Shown piece after piece: positions 58,214 to 64,000 of a stretch of 64,000 bases of DNA. A model generated the notes under the pieces. It saw only the letters and a list, made by a program, of their open reading frames with translations. It was not told the origin of the DNA and did no database searches. The DNA lies in assembly GCA_964350165.1 (NCBI GenBank), contig CAYGJA010000002.1, positions 119,822 to 183,821 on the forward strand. The letters are read 5' to 3'. Origin of the DNA: an uncultured Candidatus Saccharibacteria bacterium (lineage in GTDB: Bacteria > Patescibacteriota > Minisyncoccia > Phycocordibacterales > UBA1006). The position numbers were made by a program, and so were the translations under genes. How positions within the stretch are numbered: the stretch's first letter is position 1; every line of letters begins with the position of its first letter.

Positions 58214-59240
58214 GATAAATCAGCATTTCTACGGCAGCACCTGTAAGTTTGTCCCACCAGGAGAGAGGGTGATCGGCGGGCTGGTATGCGCGAGCTCGGG
58301 CTAGCCAGTCGGAAACAATTTTCTTTAGACGGACTACGGTTTCTCGATTATTGAGCTCGATGCCGACCTCAGCGTTAAGGCGAAAAGAAAAAACATCTAA
58401 ATTTTGTGAGCCAACCAAGGCGGTTTTGGAATCGATAGTAATTGTCTTGGCATGATTCATGTCCTTGGAAAGATAGATTTCGGCACCAAATTTGTGGGCT
58501 TTGTTGAGAAAATAGATGTTAATGGCATCAATGCTTTCTTGATCAGTTCGGCTGGGAACCAAAAGGATAACGCGAATCCCCCGCAGGCAAGCCTGGTGGA
58601 TTTCTGCCAAGATGTATCGCTTGGGAGCAAAATACGGCGTTGTGATGATAATTTCATGTTCTGCCTCTACAAAATAGCGATGGTAGTCTTGCTGGAGATG
58701 ATGAATCTGAAGGGCGGGGAAGTGTTCGCTTATTTTTGCTCGAGCACGCCCCAGTAAGGTGGTGTTTTTTAGCGCGAGCACTTCCGGGTTTTTTCCTCCT
58801 GCCCAATGATAATCGCACACAAACATATTGGTCAGTCTCTGGATAAGATGCTTGTTTGTAGTTGAGATAGCCAAATCGGCCCAATTTTTTGCTGATTCGT
58901 GAATGTTGACACCACCTGTAAAGACAATTTCCTGGTCAACAATGATGATTTTTCGATGTAGCCGATGTCGATAGCGACTTGCCAAGTGAAGCTCGGCTCC
59001 TGCTTTTTCAAGCTTCTGTTGTTGAAGCTTTGGAAATGCACGACTGCCAAAACCGTCTAACACCAAAACCACTCGCACTCCTGATTCGGCTTTGGATCGA
59101 AGCAGGCTAACAAAGTCGTATTCAGGTGTATCCGGCAAGAAAATATACATCTCAATAAGAATGTATTCCTTTGCGCTCGCCAAGGTGTGGTACATATGTT
59201 TCCAAGCCTTGTGTGACTTGGTATAAAAACGATAGCTCAT
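58206..59240 (-). CDS. Phospholipase D-family protein (two HKD motifs, cardiolipin-synthase/PLD-like)
   Basis: It has HRKIIIVDQEIVFTGGVN and NHAKTITIDSKTALVGSQN. Confidence 0.65.
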   Translation of the reverse strand: MSYRFYTKSHKAWKHMYHTLASAKEYILIEMYIFLPDTPEYDFVSLLRSKAESGVRVVLVLDGFGSRAFPKLQQQKLEKAGAELHLASRYRHRLHRKIIIVDQEIVFTGGVNIHESAKNWADLAISTTNKHLIQRLTNMFVCDYHWAGGKNPEVLALKNTTLLGRARAKISEHFPALQIHHLQQDYHRYFVEAEHEIIITTPYFAPKRYILAEIHQACLRGIRVILLVPSRTDQESIDAINIYFLNKAHKFGAEIYLSKDMNHAKTITIDSKTALVGSQNLDVFSFRLNAEVGIELNNRETVVRLKKIVSDWLARARAYQPADHPLSWWDKLTGAAVEMLIYLV

Positions 59241-59331
59241 ATTTCTAGGCTAAGTATACCAATAGATTAGAAAGACATAGTCAACGTGCATTCGCGAAGC
59301 AATCAAAAAGCTGAATATACCAGCTATCAAT

Positions 59332-59357
59332 CAACTGGCTGGGGTTCGAACCTAAAT
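59332..59357. repeat. Cassette-boundary repeat R2 (caactggctggggttcgaacctaaat), overlapping the stop of 59352-60038
   Basis: It has the perfect 10-bp palindrome GGTTCGAACC. Confidence 0.75.
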
Positions 59358-60038
59358 ATCAATATGCGGCGCAGTGTTGCCCTTAAAGTCCCGTGGATAT
59401 TCTTCTACTTGGACATTAAAAGATGTTGTGTGGCCAGCAAAATAGACTGTCACTTTTGCATCCCCTCGACCAACGATAATAGGAGATGCTGTAAAGCTGG
59501 GTGGTGAATCTTGGCTGGTGCGAGTGTCTGTGATTTGGAAAGACAAGACTCGTGTGTTTGAGGACTCTAGGGCCAGAGGGGTGTCTGGGTTAATTTGTGA
59601 CACATATCGCGCAAAGCCGTCAAAAGAAGGCGCACCGTTAGCTTGTTCAATACGGAGTTCGGGGCCAAATCTACCCCAGTTTTGCTCCACAAAGAATTGA
59701 TTGCTTGAAGGCTTATTTTTGTTGTCGACAAGACTAATAAGCATGTTTTGTCCACATTTAGCTTTTATGTATCGTCTGGAAACCGTGCAGACAGAAATCT
59801 TAGAAAACGCCGGGTTGGGCTCTTGGTTTAGGTTCAAATTAAGCGGATTAAATATCTCGACTACTGGTCGGGGGGCGGGCAAGATTCGTATGTGATTAGC
59901 GTATACATAGCCTATCCATGGAATCACGGAAAAGCTGATTAGGACGAATGTGAAAAATATCTTGGTAAATTTTTGCTCTTTGTCAGGAGTGGGCAAGTCG
60001 GCGACCTTCTGTTCAGGTGGCAACAAGTCGTTTGTCAT
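59352..60038 (-). CDS. Signal-anchored secreted hypothetical protein
   Basis: Its N-terminal TM is IFFTFVLISFSVIPWIGYVYA. It has no recognisable domain. Confidence 0.4.
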   Translation of the reverse strand: MTNDLLPPEQKVADLPTPDKEQKFTKIFFTFVLISFSVIPWIGYVYANHIRILPAPRPVVEIFNPLNLNLNQEPNPAFSKISVCTVSRRYIKAKCGQNMLISLVDNKNKPSSNQFFVEQNWGRFGPELRIEQANGAPSFDGFARYVSQINPDTPLALESSNTRVLSFQITDTRTSQDSPPSFTASPIIVGRGDAKVTVYFAGHTTSFNVQVEEYPRDFKGNTAPHIDI

Positions 60039-60105
60039 AAAATTATTTTACCATAAGTCTAATCGAGCCAATCAAGAGGTTCTTGTAAAATAGAAGCCAA
60101 ATCGG

Positions 60106-60138
60106 ATCTCTGCCAACTGGCTGGGGTTCGAACTTAGA
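60106..60138. repeat. Cassette-boundary repeat R3 (atctctgccaactggctggggttcgaacttaga)
   Basis: It shares 25 of 26 nt with R2 and R4. Confidence 0.75.
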
Positions 60139-60179
60139 ATAAGAGACAGATCGCTAGATTAGTTTTTCAGCTCATCAAT

Positions 60180-60548
60180 TTGTGCAACAATGAGTCTATG
60201 AAAATTAACACTTTTTCAAAAATAGTCTTGGTCGTGAACATCGTGGCTCTCATTGGCACAGCCTTCCTGTCTTTTAGCCCGTTGCTACTTGTTTTGGTTG
60301 CCCTTAGTTTATATATAATTTTTTCGAAAGAATTATCAGCAAAGTTCCTTTCATTTTTCTCGTATAGCATGAGTTTGGGCTATATCGCCGTATTAGTGAT
60401 GTCAGTCGTGAGGGAGCCGAATATTCTTAGCGCTTACATTGGAGATTATTCTTTGTCCGTGACAGCATTTTTTTACATCAAACAGATCTTGATTATATTC
60501 TTGATTATCGGTTTTTTGTTTGTTGCCCGAATGTTTAGAAAGAAATAA
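60180..60548 (+). CDS. Small integral membrane protein (3-4 TM helices), unknown function
   Basis: It is hydrophobic (IVLVVNIVALIGTAFLSFSPLLLVLVALSLYIIF...). Confidence 0.4.
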   Translation: MCNNESMKINTFSKIVLVVNIVALIGTAFLSFSPLLLVLVALSLYIIFSKELSAKFLSFFSYSMSLGYIAVLVMSVVREPNILSAYIGDYSLSVTAFFYIKQILIIFLIIGFLFVARMFRKK

Positions 60549-60578
60549 ACATCATGCACTTCATGAACGTTAAATCGT

Positions 60579-60611
60579 AGCTCTGCCAACTGGCTGGGGT
60601 TCGAACTTAGA
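60579..60611. repeat. Cassette-boundary repeat R4 (agctctgccaactggctggggttcgaacttaga)
   Basis: It is near-identical to R3. Confidence 0.75.
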
Positions 60612-60658
60612 AGCCTGGAGTCCTTGCAGGTGATGTGTCTTGTTGCTATAAGTAAGTC

Positions 60659-61555
60659 ATGAAAATAAGCTCAAAAATCAAACTAATAATCGGATTACTT
60701 GGGATTGTTGCGGTCGTGCTCTTTGTGTCTAGAGAAGGTTCAAGCATGTCTATGTGGGATCAGTCTAATGTTGCCGGGCCATCCGAAACCATACAAGAAA
60801 GCAGTGCAAAGGACAGGAGAGGGGACTCCAATGAGCCGCTAACGAATACTGTTGTCCTCGTCGATAAGCCACTGGACCAAGATGGTTTTACTGTTTTCCC
60901 AATAACCAAGGCAATGTATGACGAGATCCCTGCGTTTGAGTATCAGCATCAGTTTGCGCAACCATATATGGATGAGTGCCTTGACGCGATCGGGGGCACG
61001 TCCGCATACCTGCGCTGTGTTGAGGGATTTGAGATCGTAAAATATCAAGAGTACGCACGACGAGAGGGAGACTGTTTGATAATTGCCCTAAGAGAGGCGG
61101 GGTCGTTAGAGATTTGTGATCGCAATACGCCTTCTAATCCTGAAAGTTATTACTATGCTACATATATGCCTAAATTAGGGCACGTTTACTTAACGCAGGG
61201 CAACGAATATAGCAGTTACACCTACGTATCTGAAAAAGGAAATGAGATCGCAGTATCTTCAGAGCTGCTCCACCCGATACCTGAAACTAGTTATTATATT
61301 GAAAATCGCATAGATAACGGAGAGTCACGGTACGGATGGAATGGGGTTCGGATTAGGCAACTGCACGAGGGGGTACTGTCTACTGTTTTTGAGTTTAATC
61401 CATTTGATTATGGTGAGACATATGCATTTGAGCGCATTAAATTTGTTGAGCCCGGCAAGTTTTTGTTTAAAAAGTCGCCCGCACCAGAGTATTTAGACCC
61501 AGGGCCGATTGATTGGTTATATGGCGAGGTGAGCTATAAAGTAAAGGCTGAATAG
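60659..61555 (+). CDS. Secreted hypothetical protein (signal anchor; Cys-containing)
   Basis: Its N-terminus is IKLIIGLLGIVAVVLFVS. It has no recognisable domain. Confidence 0.4.
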   Translation: MKISSKIKLIIGLLGIVAVVLFVSREGSSMSMWDQSNVAGPSETIQESSAKDRRGDSNEPLTNTVVLVDKPLDQDGFTVFPITKAMYDEIPAFEYQHQFAQPYMDECLDAIGGTSAYLRCVEGFEIVKYQEYARREGDCLIIALREAGSLEICDRNTPSNPESYYYATYMPKLGHVYLTQGNEYSSYTYVSEKGNEIAVSSELLHPIPETSYYIENRIDNGESRYGWNGVRIRQLHEGVLSTVFEFNPFDYGETYAFERIKFVEPGKFLFKKSPAPEYLDPGPIDWLYGEVSYKVKAE

Positions 61556-61597
61556 CCATTCAAGATAGGAGAATCATCTGATATTTTGCCCTATATA

Positions 61598-61677
61598 ACG
61601 TTCACGACGTTCAGACGTTCACAAAAACCCTAGCGCTAAGGATGCTCCGCGGATTGAGGAGGGTTCGAACCTAAATA
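61598..61677. repeat. Cassette-boundary repeat R5, full-length 80-nt form, overlapping the stop of 61671-62306
   Basis: The sequence is aACGTTCAcgACGTTCAgACGTTCAcaaaaaCCCTAGCGCTAAGGatgCTCCGCGGattgaGGAGGGTTCGAACCtaaat. It contains three 9-bp direct repeats plus the palindromes TAGCGCTA, CCGCGG and GGTTCGAACC. Confidence 0.8.
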
Positions 61678-62306
61678 CTCAGCACTTGTACATAAAAAGT
61701 CTTTTGGAGGATATGGAGTAGCTCCCTAGATCTAGCAATTTGACGGTCGGCATACTCACCAATAGCGCCTTCAATTGGTGCTGTAATTGTAAAATCTCGA
61801 AAGAAGGCCTCCTTGTCAGATTCTGAAACCTCTGACCAAAAAGTTTTTGGTAAGCCAAATTTGCCGTCACGGTGACGCATTATTCTTTGTGTAAGTCTCT
61901 GTAAATAAATATCTTTGCTGTCGGGAAAAAGGAATAAAAACTCGTAATCTCCTGAGTGGGGGTCTAGGATTTTATGTACGGTCGGTGGGTGCTTGATCGG
62001 GCACTCAACAACTACTCTTGAGCCGGCACTATTTATCGCTTGCTGGGCCTGGCGTAGATAATGTTCCATCCATACCTCTTTGCCTTCCCCGCGGTTAACT
62101 CTTTTAAAGGTGTCTCCCGGTTCAAGATTGTATTTCTCAACGATCTCATTTTGGATCATTTGGTCAAGGTCGACCAGGACATATGAGAACTCTTTCCTCA
62201 ATTTCTCGGCAAAAGTGCTTTTGCCCACAGCAGTAGTGCCGTATAGATAGATAACTTTTGGTGAACGGCCGGTGTTGAGTTGCGCGAGATATTCTTGAGT
62301 TTTCAT
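61671..62306 (-). CDS. P-loop kinase-like protein (AAA/zeta-toxin/gluconokinase-like fold)
   Basis: It has the Walker A motif VIYLYGTTAVGKSTFAEKL. The size is 211 aa. Confidence 0.45.
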   Translation of the reverse strand: MKTQEYLAQLNTGRSPKVIYLYGTTAVGKSTFAEKLRKEFSYVLVDLDQMIQNEIVEKYNLEPGDTFKRVNRGEGKEVWMEHYLRQAQQAINSAGSRVVVECPIKHPPTVHKILDPHSGDYEFLFLFPDSKDIYLQRLTQRIMRHRDGKFGLPKTFWSEVSESDKEAFFRDFTITAPIEGAIGEYADRQIARSRELLHILQKTFYVQVLSI

Positions 62307-62325
62307 ATCCTCATCATACCACCCT

Positions 62326-62404
62326 AACGTTCACGACGTTCAGACGTTCACACAGACCCTAGCGGTAAGGATGCTCCCCGTACTAGACAAGTTCCGAACT
62401 TTGG
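62326..62404. repeat. Cassette-boundary repeat R6, full-length form with a degenerate 3' end
   Basis: The sequence aacgttcacgacgttcagacgttcacacagaccctagcggtaaggatgctccccgtactagacaagttccgaactttgg is about 80% identical to R5. Confidence 0.75.
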
Positions 62405-62454
62405 ATTGGATAGAAATTGAGAAGGGATTTCAGTTATTTAGAATGCATAACGAA

Positions 62455-63492
62455 TTATTCAAGACAGTTCTCCAGTAGTTTCAGTTTGGAATTAGTTAAA
62501 TCAATTTCTATCTCAATTCCATTAGGCAGTACTATTTGGGGGTCAGTATGACCAAACTCGGCATTTGTGACTATTGGCAGGTCGGATTGACCGAACTCAA
62601 TTGAAACGACTTCCTTGACTGCTTCGTCTAGCTCCTCTTTTTCTTCGTCCGAATAGTTTCGGGCACGTGCAAAAATGATGCCGTTTATTTTTCCGAAAAC
62701 ACCCTGAACGCCGTAATTTCTTAACATCCATTTTACTGACGAGATAGAAGGTTTTTCTTCTGAAGTCTCAAAAAACAGTATTTTATCATTCCAAAAGTCA
62801 TCATTAGGATAGAAGGTTGTGCTTTTTATAAACTCTAGCACCTCAATACATCCTCCAAAGAGCTTTCCTGATACGACACCTGATCCCTGAATGGTCCTCA
62901 TTCCTTCGTCTTCCTTCAGCTCTTTCGTTTTGCCTAGGTTCTCTTCCTTATGCCAGTCGAGGTAACCGTCACAATACTGACCAAAGTGAGGATATTCGTA
63001 AGTGTCTGAGGGGCTAAACAAAATATCGTATACATGTTGCTTGAAAGCATCTGGCAAGCTTTCCATCTGTGAAAAACCTGCCATTACTGATGGACCATTG
63101 AAGGTCACTAGGCCTAATTGATTTATGTAGGTGAGCAGTGTTGTCGTATCTGAATAGCCCATAAGTATCTTGGGGTTATTTGCAATTACTTCTTTATCCA
63201 AAAATGGCAAAATACGTACAGAGTCATCTCCTCCAATTGAAACCAGGATAGCATTCACTTCTTTGTCAGCAAAAGCATCGTTGATGTCTTTTGCCCTAAG
63301 CTTTGCGTTGGCTAAGCTTGGGTCGCCAACAGCACGAGTGGATGGATATTCTTTAATATTCAGCCCCCACTCCTTGAGAACCTTAAGCCCATTTTCATAT
63401 ACAGCAGGAAAAGTGTTCGGACCTGCCCACGAGGGCGAGAGTACTGCGACGGTGTCGCCAGGATTTAGTTTTTTTGGCTTTTTGTAATTCAT
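62455..63492 (-). CDS. S66-family LD-carboxypeptidase (MccF/LdcA-like)
   Basis: It has PGDTVAVLSPSWAGP and the nucleophile context MGYSDTTTLLTY. Confidence 0.55.
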   Translation of the reverse strand: MNYKKPKKLNPGDTVAVLSPSWAGPNTFPAVYENGLKVLKEWGLNIKEYPSTRAVGDPSLANAKLRAKDINDAFADKEVNAILVSIGGDDSVRILPFLDKEVIANNPKILMGYSDTTTLLTYINQLGLVTFNGPSVMAGFSQMESLPDAFKQHVYDILFSPSDTYEYPHFGQYCDGYLDWHKEENLGKTKELKEDEGMRTIQGSGVVSGKLFGGCIEVLEFIKSTTFYPNDDFWNDKILFFETSEEKPSISSVKWMLRNYGVQGVFGKINGIIFARARNYSDEEKEELDEAVKEVVSIEFGQSDLPIVTNAEFGHTDPQIVLPNGIEIEIDLTNSKLKLLENCLE

Positions 63493-63532
63493 TTCCTGAT
63501 TATATCAAAGTTCTGAGTCCTGTTGGGGTATA

Positions 63533-63563
63533 CAAAAAGACCCTTATGAATAGGGGTCTTTTT
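63533..63563. terminator. Bidirectional hairpin terminator (AAAGACCC-ttatgaata-GGGGTCTTTTT)
   Basis: It was read directly and lies between R7 and the LD-carboxypeptidase gene start. Confidence 0.55.
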
Positions 63564-63600
63564 GATGGCTCCGCGGACTGAGCAGGGTTCGAACCTAAAT
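63564..63600. repeat. Cassette-boundary repeat R7 (gatggctccgcggactgagcagggttcgaacctaaat), overlapping the GNAT gene stop
   Basis: It has the hairpin GCTC-N9-GAGC followed by GGTTCGAACCTAAAT. Confidence 0.75.
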
Positions 63601-64000
63601 CAACTCTTTTTCCATGATGGTTAATGTGTAGGTTGGACGTTTTTTTGTCCCAACCTCTATATACCCTTGTTTTTCATAATAGGCAGGAAGTCCTTTCTCA
63701 TTCATGGCTGTTAGCTGTATTTTTGCAAAACCTTCCTGCTTAGCGGATTCCTCTGCTGCTCTGAGTAGTTTTTTGCCGATACCTTGTGAGCGATAAGTAG
63801 GGAGGCTGGCCATTTGGCTGAGATACGCCGTTCCATCCTGGTCTTCGTATTGGACAGAGCCAGCTATTTTTTGATCCACTTTGGCCACAAAGAGTCGAAC
63901 ATCCTTGGATCGAACTCTTTCTGCATAATCTTCAGGAAAGTGAGGCTTTGAGATTGGCCCTTGGTTTTCGTGGTTTACCGTGTAGGCAAGTGTTAGAAAT
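63595..64000 (-). CDS. GNAT-family N-acetyltransferase (the N-terminus extends beyond the window end)
   Basis: It has RSQGIGKKLLRAAEESAKQEGFAKIQL (acetyl-CoA binding motif). The frame remains open upstream of the annotated Met to position 64000 (…RSKDVRLFVAKVDQKIAG…). Confidence 0.6.
   Translation of the reverse strand, partial: FLTLAYTVNHENQGPISKPHFPEDYAERVRSKDVRLFVAKVDQKIAGSVQYEDQDGTAYLSQMASLPTYRSQGIGKKLLRAAEESAKQEGFAKIQLTAMNEKGLPAYYEKQGYIEVGTKKRPTYTLTIMEKELI

Noticed and set aside
58176-63600. GGTTCGAACC-containing elements resemble the tRNA T-arm (GGTTCGAATCC), so tRNA genes or tRNA 3' fragments acting as integration att sites were considered.
   Set aside because: No copy has a complementary T-stem, acceptor stem, anticodon arm or CCA-proximal sequence on either strand. 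A cloverleaf cannot be drawn, so they were not called tRNA genes. A tRNA-derived origin cannot be excluded.
58176-63600. The repeats were considered as a possible CRISPR array.
   Set aside because: The repeats are of unequal length (26-80 nt) and are degenerate. They are separated by 0.4-1.1 kb protein-coding genes rather than uniform 25-50-nt spacers, and no cas genes are present.

Overview
This 64 kb window is a gene-dense bacterial chromosome segment. Its gene content is consistent with a Candidate Phyla Radiation / Patescibacteria-like organism; that is an inference from content only, with no search run. The content in question is a type IV pilus minor-pilin operon, a GH57/GH15/glycogen-synthase glycogen cluster, short aminoacyl-tRNA synthetases, giant cell-surface proteins and a SulP permease.

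From start to end the window contains:
1. 1-7.1 kb: the PilC 3' end, three prepilin-type genes (one PilX-like) and a 930-aa P-loop ATPase.
2. 7.2-10.3 kb: ndk, a structured intergenic leader/terminator, a small membrane protein, a beta-CASP/RNase J-like metallo-beta-lactamase and a hypothetical gene.
3. 10.3-17 kb: a minus-strand glycogen/sugar cluster (ROK glucokinase, SIS phosphoglucose/phosphomannose isomerase, GH15, lysine-rich small protein, GH57, glycogen-synthase-like glycosyltransferase).
4. 17-23.5 kb: a VanW-like gene, tyrS, a GH3-family adenylating enzyme and metG.
5. 23.5-48.6 kb: a roughly 25 kb cell-surface mega-locus. It holds an acidic secreted protein and a 2712-aa giant protein built from DUF2341/LamG-like repeats, a beta-helix and repeated modules. 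It also holds a 360-aa protein sharing the giant's C-terminal domain, a signal-peptide protein with a C-terminal TM anchor, a dockerin-type protein, two cohesin-like proteins, a 912-aa Calx-beta adhesin and a 1519-aa SH3b/FN3/CBM-like/beta-helix giant. A thermonuclease gene and msrA sit inside the locus.
6. 48.8-54.6 kb: a fatty-acid desaturase-like gene, an HI0933-family flavoprotein, a SulP/STAS permease, an L,D-transpeptidase and a small P-loop ATPase.
7. 54.7-64 kb: an accessory block. Two large hypothetical proteins (one with an HExxH motif) are followed by an array of unrelated small genes. These are a phospholipase D-like protein, secreted and membrane proteins, a P-loop kinase, an S66 LD-carboxypeptidase and a GNAT. 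Each gene is terminated or flanked by a previously unannotated palindrome-bearing repeat family with a core GGTTCGAACCTAAAT that overlaps stop codons. This looks like an integron-like cassette array.

The two most novel candidates are the cohesin-dockerin/giant-adhesin surface locus and the repeat-delimited cassette array. No rRNA, intact tRNA or CRISPR array was found.
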